The notes beneath the pieces were generated by a model. The model had not been told where the DNA came from. It did not search any database and was given only the letters and a program-made list of their open reading frames with translations. Positions 33,544-46,908 of a stretch of 64,000 nt of DNA are shown piece by piece; position 1 is the stretch's first letter; each line of letters begins with the position of its first letter. Origin of the DNA: Fistulifera solaris (Eukaryota); contig AP026144.1 of NCBI GenBank assembly GCA_030295235.1, forward strand, positions 496,001 to 560,000, written 5' to 3'. A program made the translations under genes and the position numbers.

Positions 33544-36266
33544 TTAGGATATTTTCAATTTGGCCGCGTTCTCTGCTTTACAAGAGAGTGCTTCAGCAGA
33601 ATGAGCGATAGTAAAGGTGGAGTGATGCGGCTTCTCTACCCATTCACCATGCCCGTCATCTTGCATTATGATACACTCGATTTTGCTTGAATCATTTGAC
33701 GTGAAGTCATAAAATGGTGTCCCTATCAGGTCTCCTTTCACTTTGCTCGCCAATACTTGCTCTCGAATCGTTTCGAAATCGTGAATCGGAACCCCCAACT
33801 TTTTCAGATACTCTGATACTTTTGCCGATGGCACAAGCTGGTCTTTATAAGACAAGACAATGTGACACGGCACATGAATCTGATCAGCAAAAGAATAATT
33901 CTCGGCCATGGGAATTGCCTCTGTATCGTGTGTCGAACGATTGCATCCGTGCGAAGAATGTAAGAGATCGTTCCAATGTCGGGTCTGGTGTAAACGAACG
34001 ATTTCGTTAACCGTGGGTAATGCAAGCAGAAGCAAATCGGGTCCAAGAAAAGTAAAGCCGAAACAGCTTCAGGGGCCAGCTTCGTCATATAAGATAACCA
34101 CGATGTGCCATACGAGTGGCCTATCCAGGTAGCTGTAAGGTGCCCATGACTAGCTAGCATAGCAGACATTGTTGATGCGACGACTGCAGGAGGCAAGACC
34201 GCGCTCGAAGATTGCCATGGGCGGAAGCCAGATACGTAGGGAATTTCAGGAAGGAAGATCGGCCTCTTGAATCGAAGGAGATCATCAATAAAGGGAATGT
34301 AAAAAACAAGTCCGAGTCCAATACCATGGACAAAAACGAACGGTAGCTTCGCATCGACGACGTCAGAATTGTCAATAGCGTCACTTCCAGGGTGGAAATA
34401 ATAGGCAACATTCCCGACTTTCCTCCGCGAGAACCCACGTCGATGCATCATCACTCGCAAGGGTATTTCTGTGCATCCGATGAGCAGTAAGTGCAAGCAT
34501 AACGGGAAGGTTGCCACGTTTTCAATAGGGTCAGCGGAATACTTTGCATATCCTTGCGGCTCTTTTCTTTGCATAAAAGCAGGTAAGGTCTTCAGGGCAA
34601 AGCCCGTGAAGTCTACAAATGCAGCCTCGGCTCGACTCTCCAAGCTTTCCATAGCCTCGTAGCATTCGGTAATGCGTCGCATTAAAGAAGCCATTTGTTT
34701 TGACGGTACCCCAGCTGACATGTCCAACATTCGGTTTAACATCAGCCTGTAGCCTACCATTTGCTGTTTTAATCGATTGCGTTGACTGGAAAGGAACCGG
34801 GCCGTTTCCAGGCGACGCTGATCATTCAAGGCTTTAACCGAGTTCCAAGCACTGTGTAGTTGCAAGTATGTGGCATACAATTTCTTGTCCACCATTGAGC
34901 CCATTGGCACAATACTTTCGTAGATTTGACTCGCTTTTTGACTCGCCGCCGCCTCCGCTTCTGCTATGCTCTGGGCAGTCCCCGCTACTAATTCGCGAAA
35001 GTCTTTTACGGGATGAAAGTTATCGCCTGTTGCTTTCTGCACCATTTCCTTTAAATCCTGAACTGGTCTAAACTCCATCTGATCGTACCGACGGCGATAT
35101 GATTCAAAAAGATTGGTGAAGAAGTTACCCTCTTCTTCATGTGCGCTACCTCCTGGAAACTGGAAAGCTTTAATACCAAAGTGTGAGCGGAAAGTCTCGG
35201 CCAAGAAGTCGACCTTAGCAATTGCTTTCTTACATTTTTTGGGCTTCGGCAGACCAACTTGCCATGCCGGTACTGACAGTAGGCTTTCGCCCACAAGCCC
35301 AAGATTGTCACTGTCATCATTGCCTATTTTCGTCTCAGTCTCTGGCCCATAAAGCTCTAGCGAAATACGCCATTCAAGTTCCTCCACAAAAGATTCCACT
35401 ATAGCGAAATGAAGGGGCGCGTCAGAAACTTCACTCGACAACAGCTAGTCTGGCAAAACGAACTTACTTTGCAACAACTCGCTTTCCGACAAATGTTCCT
35501 GGTGCCGGCATTCAAACATGCTCCAACACACAAAGTCGCGAACATCATACGCGCTGATATCTTGGCAATCATGATCGAAAAACCAACCGGATAAAAACTC
35601 ACAAACGTGCCCGTCCTCCACTTCTTGCATTCGACGCCAAAGACTCTGCCGTTCAGATAGATCCATCAGGGGAGCAGCTGACAGACTTGACTCTAAAGGA
35701 TCTTTATTTCGTAACCATCGAATACGGATTCGCATCAAAATAAAGAAGAGTGCCTCAAAGGAACACCATATCTCAATCCATAACCACAGCCATGTCCGAG
35801 GATTGCGTTCCATTGTAGAAGTGGACTCGAGGATGTTTGGAATAGTGAAGCTGCTGCCACTTCCCGTCGAATCTAGCACTCCCTCAACAACCAAATCAAG
35901 AGAATCGCCGATGATGAGATCGTGTGGCATTTTAGGTGGCCGCAAATTGGAAATGGCGGAAGCTAGAGTCCACTGGTGTAAAAGCGGTAGGTAATTTTGA
36001 CCAACGACGAGCAAGTATTCACCAAATAGTTCTCGTAACACCACCATACCGATATAAAGATAGCTGATAGGTGCCAATAAAAACATAAATACCCACACGA
36101 CGGCGAGGGGCGAGAAAAGCTGGTATTCATCCAATATCTGTTCGCTCGAGCCTTTATAGCGATACTTTGAAAAATACTGGCGATTTTTCCGGTTCGTCAA
36201 CGAGAACGACTGTCTTCGGACCGGAGAGGCAGCCATGAAAAACTTTTGTTTGAAAGGCGATGACAT
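33544..36266 (-). CDS. Alpha/beta-hydrolase fold membrane protein
   Basis: PFVFVHGIGLG, nucleophile elbow WIGHSYGT, LLFLDPICF, and later D and HG. Intron near 35467-35399; frameshift near 33890. Confidence 0.8.
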
Positions 36267-37409
36267 GTTTTTTCTTTGTGTTCCCTGAAAGAAAGGGCGC
36301 ATTGGATTAGAGCAGATGACGAAGAAAATTTGGCGATTGATTGACAGCATCGTGTCAAGATTGAGTCAAGGAGAAGCAGCTCGATCAAGAAGCTAACGAA
36401 AAAGGAATATCCGCCTTCATGATACACTTGACGACGGTGAAGCATCTCACTAGTCGTGATGTCACTTGGCATGCTATGTATCTCCAGTCTCCAGTTGCTA
36501 GTACCCGCGCAAGAACCTACCTCTGCACGCCGCTTAATTACCTGCAAAAATCACTTACTGACAAAATCAGACTTTTGAGTCGATTCTGCGATACAGTTGC
36601 CACTTGACGGGGGAAAATTGACGATGCCCTCGGTATTATATGTCGTGAGGTTCGCGAATGGTTGTGCTCCACCGAACTGCTTTACTAAAGCAGCTCAAAC
36701 GTTCCAAGCTCTTGAAGTTGTTCGCCTCTCACTTATGAATATGAATGGAAAACAACAAATTCAGGCTTTGCTGGATGGTTTTTAAAAAGGAGTTCGTGTC
36801 TTTGTTAAGTGCAATAAGAATGTGCGTCAATCAATTATTACCAGGTATTAAAGGCTACGATCGCGATCGTGGGGGGAGGAGGAAAAACGACGATGCAATC
36901 ACCAAAAATGTCGCAGAAGTTGCTTTACTTAAATGACACAGAAATGTCAATGAGCCCCGTCCTACTTTAGAGCAATATTGAATCACATCGTAGCGGTACA
37001 TGAACCTTATTGGGACTTTGAAAAATTAAGAGGGTGTTGTGACGACGACGACTCGTGACAGCAGACGATCAACATGAAACCGCCTTTTGTTGGGCCTTTT
37101 CTGTCCCGCCCTCACAAAATGAAACAAAATACATAAATATTGAAGACTTCTCGCAACTTGTAAGGGAGATCTGTTTCTGTCACTATTTGATGTAATACTA
37201 GTAATTTTTGTCGTCTCGAATGCATCACGCTTGATAGAAGGCCGTGGTGGGAATATAACTCTAATGCAAGGAGGCTGAGGATGCCATCGTTTCAGCGGCA
37301 ACATTCGAATGTGCTAGTTGTCTCCACCTTCGTTAAAGTAAGCTTCATTAGTAACGGTACCTGGTAAATGTGCGATACTCCGTCTTTCGCTATCAGTGAA
37401 AAAGTCGTC

Positions 37410-38660
37410 CTAGATGTTGACGTCAGCTGCCTTCCAGCGAAAAGCAGCGTCCACGGACATGACAACTGCATTCTTATTCGATCCACTCAATGATCCTTTC
37501 GGTTGACCTCGTAGCTGCAGCCGAACGTGTCCCGGCGCTGACGGCCCGTGAAGAATCGGAGTAAATTCCACCGTGATGACTGGCTCGGGTAATATATCGT
37601 AGCTTTGTGATAGGCGGGCAAATTCCACATTCCAATGGTGCGGTTTGGTAGAGCTTGAGAGAAATACCGAGTCAAACTCATTATCGTATTCGTCTTTGGT
37701 CCATGTAACACGCTGTTCGTTGGTGTTCTCCTTGATCGGCGGTGAAATGAGAACATCGCCCAAGCGTTTCGCCATTCTCTGCATGACTTTAAAGTAAAGT
37801 TGTAGCGACTCATCCCAAGAATAGTCGTGTCGAGAAGCATTAGGGGGCCAACTGGCCACTTGGTTGCCCCCTTCGGTTCGAATGCGTATCCGTTCCACAG
37901 AATCCGATAACGAATGAAAGGAACAAGCGACAGCATCATTGTAATAAGACAGTACATCATTCGCCAAATGGATATGTTCTTCCAGAAGTTGACTAGGCAC
38001 TCCGTGCCCTTTCAAGAGAAACTTATGTTGCACCGGTACCAACTTGCGCACCACCTGTAGAAAATCATGCTGGCCACGCAACAAGCGACGCGCCGCGGCC
38101 GTACCGGACTTGGTCGAGTTCTTGGCCGATTTGACACAATAACTCTTTGTATGCAGCAACGAACTAGCGTTTAGTACGGGCAACAGGCCCGACTTGGGTT
38201 TTCTTGGTACTTCTAAAATGGGTTGACCCAGAGTATCGAAGACTTCGACCGGATCTTTTTCAGTAAGCTTCTTTTTCCGGCGTTTGGGAGCTCCAGTGAT
38301 GAGACCAACTGTATTTGCGCTTTTTGAAGAATCTTCTAAACCGACGCGGCGTTTCACAATCAAACGTCGAGGGACGGGTGGAGGTGGATCTTCCAAGGAT
38401 GGCTTCTTTCCGTCCTTGTTTTTGTGATCACCAGAATGTCCCGTCGAGTCATACTTTTTGGCGTGAATTGGCGTAGCAGCTTCCATAACCGAATCGGGTA
38501 CAGCATTTTCAAGTATCATTCGTTCCGATAACCGAGTTGTTGACGATATTATCATGTTTGTTGACATTCCCGAAGGAGGTGCTTTGTCGTGAAAATGCCG
38601 GCATCGTGTCGCGAGCGAACTTGGCGTCCGTAAGATTCGAATGTTATTCCGAAGGAACAT
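37410..38660 (-). CDS. Hypothetical protein with mitochondrial-like presequence
   Basis: Likely start MFLRNNIRIL. FLLKGHGVPSQLL weakly resembles the N-terminus of non-haem dioxygenases. Confidence 0.55.
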   Translation of the reverse strand: MFLRNNIRILRTPSSLATRCRHFHDKAPPSGMSTNMIISSTTRLSERMILENAVPDSVMEAATPIHAKKYDSTGHSGDHKNKDGKKPSLEDPPPPVPRRLIVKRRVGLEDSSKSANTVGLITGAPKRRKKKLTEKDPVEVFDTLGQPILEVPRKPKSGLLPVLNASSLLHTKSYCVKSAKNSTKSGTAAARRLLRGQHDFLQVVRKLVPVQHKFLLKGHGVPSQLLEEHIHLANDVLSYYNDAVACSFHSLSDSVERIRIRTEGGNQVASWPPNASRHDYSWDESLQLYFKVMQRMAKRLGDVLISPPIKENTNEQRVTWTKDEYDNEFDSVFLSSSTKPHHWNVEFARLSQSYDILPEPVITVEFTPILHGPSAPGHVRLQLRGQPKGSLSGSNKNAVVMSVDAAFRWKAADVNI

Positions 38661-39169
38661 ATTTGACTCCAAAATTAATCGCGATGCAGTCTTTGCAAGA
38701 ATATAGAAATAAAGGGCACTATTTGGAATGAATATGTTGAAAGGCAATATACTGACACCATCGCACAAAAGGCGTTTGCGATGAAAATACGCTCTTGCTA
38801 TTTCAAAAGCGCGAGAAGTCGGTCCGCCGTCACCACTTTTATTTACTGACTTACCGGTACTGCGCCGGTAGTGGGTACCGGTACCGGTACCCACTTAAAT
38901 CGTACCGGAGTAGTATTTACCAGGCTCTCGCACGTCTCAAAAACGTCTCACGAAAGTCGTTTTCACAGATCCGTTTCCTTTGTAAACGATCCTGTTGTCA
39001 ATGAAAGCGTAAAGAATGAAACGACACGATACAAGTAAAACTGGACCCCATTCAAATAGTTTTATCGCAACAACGCCGTAGTTTAAAATGATTTTTTCAC
39101 AAATTGACCGATCGACAACTCGAAGTCATTCGCGGTCATTAACTATCGTCACTAGCCGCACCTTTCACC

Positions 39170-39921
39170 ATGACCCGCTCAGCCAATTGCCTCACCTTCC
39201 TGATGTTTGCCTTCGCGGCAATTATCCTTTGCATCGGAACTATCGTTGTCTACGAAAAGGTAAGTTTGTTTCCAATCTATTCGTTTACCGACGGAATTTG
39301 ATACGCATACTCACCTGTTGTCATGATCAGGTTGTGGTCAACCAGGATACGGACGAAAAAACACTTCCGGTTACGATCGACGGAGAAGGAGTCGTCCAGA
39401 ACGGACCCTTTCGTACCTGTGAATGCTCGGGAAACATTTTCTTTGGAGAAGATCGAGTTGAATGTCTTTTGGAGCGATCGCACCTAGCTGGAGACATCGT
39501 CGTCTTTTGCATCTGGAATGAGATGCTACAAATTCGGGCGATCGATCATGTTTTTGTAAAGATGAATCAAAATCGGACCTATCACCTAATTCAAGATGGT
39601 ATTCCTGATATTCATACCCAGTCTTTTCTCCAAACTCGTGCGGCCGTAGTCACTACCGTACTTGATCCTGTGTGGTTTCTGGAAACAAGCACCATTCTTG
39701 GTTTACAAGTCGAACTGCAGGGCGGGGCGAAATTCCAGACAACGGACGAATACGGTATGCTTCATTTGATGGACGTACAGCGAAACACCTACCATGGCCT
39801 ACCAGTAGTGACGGAAGCGGAACCAGAACCAGAGTCACTCGACTCTTTTTATTTTGAATGTCTTGTGCTTGCGCTGTTGTCTCTTATCTTCGTGGGGGTG
39901 ATCATAAACAATTGTAACTGA
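39170..39921 (+). CDS. Uncharacterised membrane protein, tandem copy 1 (C-terminally truncated)
   Basis: Exon 39170-39259 (N-terminal TM), intron 39260-39330, exon 39331-39921. Core near-identical to copy 2. Confidence 0.75.
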
Positions 39922-40694
39922 AGTCAGAGGATCTGTCCGGGCATTGTGAAAGTTTTTACCGAATGGAACAGCAAAGACATTGGGTTGACCGTGAAGTGAA
40001 AAGCCGCAAAGTAGCACAATCGATATCTATCATTCGAAAAAAGACGACCACACCTCGACGACTGCTCAAGTATCCAATTAATGAAGGTTTCTTATGATTG
40101 ATTCTGAAAATTAAGCACGTAGCCTAGTGAAAACGGAAATATTTATCTCGATGCTTTGATCCGTAATGAGGCTGACCCAGACGCTCGCCCCATCACCGCT
40201 TATCCTTCGGAATGACAGCATGCATTGGACATAGTTATCTCTTTAGCGGCTGCTAGATTAATGACTACGATGAAAATTGTATAATGAACGTGTGGTCTCT
40301 GACGAATCATTTAGTAAGTTGAAACGATTTTTGTTGGTGAGAAAAACTGAACTTTTTTAAAAATACACTACGCGGGTATTTTGCGATTGCGATCCGCGAG
40401 TCCCGTTTGAACGGATTTTTCTGACAAACCGGTACCCAGTACCCAGTCAAAACCGGTCTTTCATCTCTCACTTTTCTGGAAAACGTCGTCTCTCCATGTA
40501 AGTCGTTTTCTCCCTGTGATGTCCTTCAAAGTAAAAATAGTGAAACGACACGACACAAAGAAAACTGGACCACATGCAATTTGTTTCATCGTAACTTACC
40601 CGGATCTTATCATGAACCTCTCATAAATTCGACCAATCGACAATTCGGAGCCATTCGCGGTCACCAACATCCCTCATCCACCGCACCTTTCATC

Positions 40695-41682
40695 ATGACA
40701 CGCGTCGTCAATTGCCTCACCTTCATGGTCTTTGTCTCTTTGGCCGTAATTCTTTGCATTGGAACCATCGTTGTTTACGAACATGTAAGTCTTCTGATGA
40801 AATTGAGGGCAACTCGGTCACCAGACAATGCATTCTCAATCATTTCATTGCTCTCTTACACAGGCTGCAGAAAACAAGGATTCGAATGAGCAGACACCCC
40901 CGGTTACGATTGACGGAGAAGGCATTGTTCAAAACGGCCCCTTTCGTACTTGTGAATGCTCGGGAAACATTTTCTTTGGAGAAGATCGCGTTGAATGTCT
41001 CCCGGAGAATTCTCATCTTGCCGGGGACGTAGTCGTCTTTTGCATCTGGAATGAGATGCTACAAATTCGGGCGATCGATCATGTTTTTGTAAAGATGAAT
41101 CAAAATCGGACCTATCAGCTTATTCAGCACGGCATTCCTGATATTCATACCCAGTCCTTCATTCAAACCCGGGCGGCGCTAGTTACGACCGTACTCGATC
41201 CTGTGTGGTTTCTGGAAACAAGCACTATTCTTGGATTGCAAGTCAAACTGCAGGGCGAGGCAACATTCCAGACAACGGACGCGTACGACATGGCTCATTT
41301 GATGGACATAAAGCGCAATCCCTACCGTGGTCTCCGTCAGCTTGCAGAATCCGCAAAAGGTCCCCCCGACTGGGAAACGCGAGATGAGATTGTCTTTTTT
41401 ACAATGATTTTGCTTGGGTTCTTGGCTTCATTTCTTTTGATAGCATGCATGTTTAAATCATTTGAGCGTCAAGCGGCACGAATGCGCCGTGCGGAGCATT
41501 GGGAACAAGTTCGCCGAATGGACCAGAGAGAGTTCGAAAAACACTGGGTTGACCACGGAGAGCCGCACATTGTCACAATCGATGTTTACTATTCGGGACA
41601 AGACGACCACACCTCGACAACTGCTCAAATATCTGCCGGTGACAATGACTCGGTGTCTACGAAACACAATTCCGAGCGATAA
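40695..41682 (+). CDS. Uncharacterised membrane protein, tandem copy 2
   Basis: Exon 40695-40784, intron 40785-40863, exon 40864-41682. Same 90-nt first exon and core (GPFRTCECSGNIFFGEDRVECL) as copy 1. Confidence 0.8.
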
Positions 41683-41883
41683 GTGTTACTTTAATTCAGT
41701 ATAAAATGCTTGATTCTTTAATCATTGAGCTCGTTATGTCGCTATTCATGTCTATAATGGGATGAACCAACTTGTTCAAAAGATTGTCCGCCCCACTCTT
41801 TGGACTGACAGCATGTGTTGAACATCTTTCTCCTCTACACGCCTAAATGACAATTTTATCCACAGAAACATGGCATTCTACCA

Positions 41884-43147
41884 TTAAGCGCCTCCTACCG
41901 CTGGAGGTTGTGATCCTTGTATAGAATTTTGACCAGCTCCGTGCACAGAGCCTGGCTGCTGCTGTGGCGCGCTCCCGTCCCCCGCATGGCTACCATACCG
42001 CAAGCCCCCAGTAGCTTGATTGATAGCAGCGTCTTCCGCATTAACACCATTGCCAGACCGACTGCGTTCCAAGTCATCCGCTTTGCGAGCTTCATCTTGT
42101 CCATCATTTTCCCCATCCGCTGGTCCGAGAGGACGTTCTGCTGGGAGACGTGCGCGTTCTTGTTGCAGATTCAGAACCGTCCAGTCAAACAAGTTATCGT
42201 ATTGAAAGCCTTTGCGATAAAAGAGTTCTTTGAACAGCCTCTTCAAGTAAGCGTAGTCCGGTCTGTCCTCAAATCTCAATGAGCGACAGTATTCAAAGTA
42301 ACTTCGGAATTCTGTGGGATAGCCTTTGCAGAGTTGCTCCGTACTGGTCGACATCTTTCGATCCATGATGCGCTCGTACTTTTGCTTCTTCGTGTTAGCC
42401 TTGAGTCCTTGCCAGGGAAGTGAGCCACGAATAAAGTACATGAGGACGTATCCGAGAGACTCTAAGTCATCACGTCGACTTTGTTCAATACCAATGTGAG
42501 TATTGATTGAAGCATAACGAGCCGTACCCGTCAAATTCTTATTTTCGCGGTAGGGAATGTGCTGATGCGATCGAGGATCACGGTACTTCTTGGCTAAACC
42601 GAAATCAATGATATGAATCACCGACTGCCGTTTCCCTAGTCCGATCAAGAAATTGTCCGGCTTGACATCGCGATGAATGAAAGACTTCGTGTGAACGTAC
42701 TCCAGACGACTGAGTAGTTGATCTGCCAGCATGAGAACGGTCTTGAGCTGAAAACGCCGACCGCAATAATTAAAGAGATCTTCGAGCGAAGGACCGAGTA
42801 AATCAAGAACCATGACGTTGTAGTCGCCTTCAATACCGTACCAGCGGACATTCGGAATTCCCACTAATCAAGCGAAATCATAATGAAGTAAAGTGTGAGC
42901 AAATCGAATAGGCAGAGCAAACTAAGGAGAAAGCATTTTCCTGCATGAACCCATACTCACATCCACCGTGAAGAATACGATAAATCTTGCTTTCGTACAA
43001 TAACTGAGGGTGTTTTGTTTTAACGCTTTCCAGTTTAATGGCTACTTCTTCACCCGTCGTCATGTTGGTGCCGAGGTAGATGTCACCGAACGAACCGCTA
43101 CCGATTTTGCGGCCCAAACGGTATTTCTTCCCGACCCGCAATTCCAT
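41884..43147 (-). CDS. CK1: Casein kinase I
   Basis: [51 protein letters not shown] and [12 protein letters not shown]. Intron 42960-42864. Confidence 0.98.
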
Positions 43148-43749
43148 TTTGGAGCAACCGTGACGAAAATGAAGCCGCTGAAGATAGAGAGCGCTTGACG
43201 CAAATGTTTTCCCTACTTCTTATAAATGTCTAGAAGGGCTTGCCTGAAGACGACCGAGTGATTGGACGTTATTTGCAACAACAACTTCGATAAAAACAAC
43301 AGCAACAACAATCAATAGCGACCGCCTCCGTGTCCATCGTCGCTGCTGCTATGGCAGTTTGTGTAAGATTGGTCTTCGAAAAGGAGAAACCCGTATTTAG
43401 AAGCGAGTACCAGTAAATCATTTAGTTTGAATACATTTAATGATCAAAATACCGGTCTATTTTCTCAACTACTTCCATTGCTAGCTAGAGAGAGTGTAAG
43501 ATAAACAACGGAAATACATTGTTAGCGAAAAGAGAAGGGGTGAAAAAGGGTGGAAAAAGCCTCTAAACATGATGATATGAAGCCATTTCTTCTACAGTAC
43601 TCCGTAGTTAAAGAAGCCAAGAACAAGGAGGAACATAAAGATACTTGTCGTGGATATACTTCTCGAGCGCGCTTCTCGATGAAGATGGCTTGATTCGATC
43701 GCCAGCAATCCTCCCACATCATCTTAGTTCAACTTCAAGCTGGAAAACA

Positions 43750-43990
43750 TTTGGCTCACGTTTCTATGGAGCGATGCGATGTCACTTCCAAATCCGGACG
43801 AGGCATAGTAGTATTGAACGGAGGAAAGCTCACGCTTTATCAATGTAACGTTCACAGTTGTGCTGCCACTGGATTATACATGTCTGGGAGCAATTCCACG
43901 GCAAATATTGCTTCAACAGACATTATTGGTAATGGTAATGGTTAATGGTAGAAGAGGTCTCGCCGGAGGACATTCGGGTGTTCATTTGCA
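43750..43990 (+). pseudogene. Fragment of a right-handed parallel beta-helix protein
   Basis: AHVSMERCDVTSKSGRGIVVLNGGKLTLYQCNVHSCAATGLYM..ANIASTDIIGNG* shows beta-helix periodicity. No intact start, and an early stop. Confidence 0.5.
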
Positions 43991-45217
43991 AGCCTATCCT
44001 AATTTGTTTTTCGGTTCACTTTTTTGCAAGACTTGCTATGCACACATTGTAGTTGTAATGCAATGTTGGGCGCATTTTTTGAAAGGAACGATTTGCTGAT
44101 AAGTCAACTTTTGTTTCTTATTCGTGAACGAACAAACTGCCCAATCTAAAACCAATATTCCTGTGCAAAGATTTTGCCTAGAATACCCAGGACTCAGTAG
44201 ACGTGACTTTTCAAAATTTTCGTGAAAGTCAAGTGAAAGTAAAGTCACTGGCCTTCAAGTGAAGTTAGCAGCGAACAGTGAACTAAGCGGTAATGAGCTA
44301 CTAAGGCGTTATGTGTACTCAAGGGTGTCGCACTGAGCTTGTGAAAGTCAGCCCTGTCTTTCTAATCCCTAATCTACGCAGTCCTACGTACATTTACGTT
44401 GGTTGGGTACTTCAAGTGAACTCACCGAAGTCTCAAGTAAAGTGAAAGTAAAGTAAACTTCAGGTGCTCAAGTGAAGTTGCAAGTTACAGTGAAAAAGCC
44501 ACATGTCTAGGACTCAGCACGATGGCTCCTTTAGACTTAGGATTCAAGTCTAACGACTGACCCGTTCAACGTAACTTTATTACTCCGAGTGGCTCTTTCA
44601 TTGCTCGCTAGACTACTCCGTATACTTGTACTCCGCGTAAGACTTACTCCTAAGTCGTGACTCCCTAGCGGTAATGTGGGAGAAATTCTGGATAGTGTGG
44701 GTTGTGGGTAGACAAGTGGACAGTCGACAATACTGTACAAGTACCTGGTAGACAAATTTTAGTCCGCTAAAATTATCGCAATTCATTCTATTCCCTAATT
44801 TCCTAAAGTTAGAATGCAATTTTGACATAAAGACTGATTTTCCCATTGTCAATTTTCATTTTCTCGCATATATTCCCTTGGGACAAAGAACAAGGAACAA
44901 ACAAGAGCTCTAAAAATGATGTTTACATATTGCACGATAGTCTTTAAATTATTAAACCGAGTGACTTCGAGTTTAGAAAGTACGAGCTAGGACGTAGGAC
45001 GTTGGGCAACTGTCGTCCGGTCATAAGTCTTTCCGGTACTCGTTACCACGTCATTTCTGATTTCCGGTATTTCTGACTTCTTCCGATTTTTTTCCCAACA
45101 TTTTTAACCGACAACGCCTCTCATCGACTTCAGATGTCGCTAATTCGTTCAACAACAAAGTTGTCTTACTAGGAAACCCCTGATCAAATATATTATTCAA
45201 TTAGCAGCGGAAAATTT

Positions 45218-46780
45218 ATGTGTGAAGAAAACGGAAACATGATACGAAGGAAAAAGCATCATGACGACGCGTGTTGTTCCGTTCCAGACCATTTTCATGC
45301 ACCAGCGCCAAGACTAGCGAATCCGCCTCATAATTTGTCAAAACGAGACTTTAGTTTACGTACACGCAGAGGATTTGTAATAACTCTTGCAGGTCTTCTT
45401 CTTTTATCGACGGCTGGCTTTTGGCCTATCTGTGAATTCATTGTCGATACGCTGAGGTCTACTACGTTTTCGAAGAGCGTATCGAGTGATTTGACGCACA
45501 GTAGCGATGTCACTACGGGGAAATATTGCGCCCACGAAAACAGACGATGGACTTGCTATGAGTGCAAAGACGGAAACTGTCGGATCATTCGTGGGCGTAA
45601 TAAATGTCCCCAATTCCGTCGCGTTCCTGGCGATTATCCAGTTCCTCGGGCTCAACCCGCGGATGCGGTAGAGAATGCAGGGTTGCCCATGAGGACTTTG
45701 TCATGGATGGGGATCCGATACTATCATGAGCAACCAATTTGTACTGTTGCGGGATGCTTCAATCTCGAAAGATGCAGTGACTCAGTTTTGAAAGTTTATG
45801 TCGATCATGAAGGAGAGCATACATTGCTGGATTTTGCGGCTGAACATTCCAACCCCATTCCAGTGCAGCGAGTGCAAAATGCGAATGACGCATGTCTTAT
45901 TGTCGTTCTAAGCGATACTTACGCATCTGTGCATGACATGAAAAGCTCTGGACATTGGAATGATGGTGAGAACCACTTGCTGTGGGATTTCAGTCACTTT
46001 CCTGACCGTAAAATAGCCCCCGATGCTGCCTTTAACATGTTTCACGTCGGCAAAGCTATTATTGCCAGTGAAACGATTGGTACAGCTTATGCTAGGCTGG
46101 GCTATGACTTAGTTCTGCCGTTGCCAAGAAGGTGGGGACGATCTGTAGCGCCTAATGATGTTGATATTCATCGACCAAGGAGGTATTTACTTTCTTTCCG
46201 AGGGAGAGTGATCGATTCAATTGCTGCAGCTTATCAGCATAGGTGGCTCGCTGCCGAACATTGGGAAGTGGCCGAAGATATTGTGGTAGACGTGGAGTGC
46301 TGGCACTTTGACTGGCTCATTGACAAAAAATCCTTGATTAAACCATATGAAGAATCGCCTAGCATATTCAACGACATAATGTGGAACTCAACATTTGGCT
46401 TTACTCCTGGAGGTTCTGGCATGAGTTCCTATCGTTTTGGTGAAGTGCTTTCTACAGGAGGTATCCCAGTTGTGGTACACGGAGACTTTGTTCCCCCGCT
46501 GGCTCCGGAACTGGATTGGTCCAAATGCATTGTCTGGGTGACGGAACAACGAATCATTGATCTACCGCGTATTTTGCGCCAACTTCCAACCGAAGAAGTT
46601 CGCGCGAGACAAATAGCTTGTTGGAAGTTACATTCGGCAGTTTTTGGAGAAAAGGAGGTTGATGGGAAGTGGTATAGTGACGAAAGAATCGTGTTTACGA
46701 GAGGCTTACAGATTATTGCGCAGAGAATATCGAGCGCTGTCCATACGTCAAAAATAGTTAATGATTTTGCAATTACATAG
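45218..46780 (+). CDS. Exostosin-like glycosyltransferase (GT47)
   Basis: Type II TM anchor, CFNLERC, HWNDGENHLLW, RRYLLSFRG and NSTFGFTPGG..SSYRFGEVLSTGGIPV..LDWSKC. Confidence 0.9.
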   Translation: MCEENGNMIRRKKHHDDACCSVPDHFHAPAPRLANPPHNLSKRDFSLRTRRGFVITLAGLLLLSTAGFWPICEFIVDTLRSTTFSKSVSSDLTHSSDVTTGKYCAHENRRWTCYECKDGNCRIIRGRNKCPQFRRVPGDYPVPRAQPADAVENAGLPMRTLSWMGIRYYHEQPICTVAGCFNLERCSDSVLKVYVDHEGEHTLLDFAAEHSNPIPVQRVQNANDACLIVVLSDTYASVHDMKSSGHWNDGENHLLWDFSHFPDRKIAPDAAFNMFHVGKAIIASETIGTAYARLGYDLVLPLPRRWGRSVAPNDVDIHRPRRYLLSFRGRVIDSIAAAYQHRWLAAEHWEVAEDIVVDVECWHFDWLIDKKSLIKPYEESPSIFNDIMWNSTFGFTPGGSGMSSYRFGEVLSTGGIPVVVHGDFVPPLAPELDWSKCIVWVTEQRIIDLPRILRQLPTEEVRARQIACWKLHSAVFGEKEVDGKWYSDERIVFTRGLQIIAQRISSAVHTSKIVNDFAIT

Positions 46781-46908
46781 TTGAGGCGAACATAGAGAAG
46801 ACAATGAATGGATGTATATGTGCTGATTATATTGATCCCAAGGGAATCGTCCTTTTTATGTATGTTAGGTGGTCACCGGGTACCGGTAGCTGTCAACCTG
46901 CATAGAAT

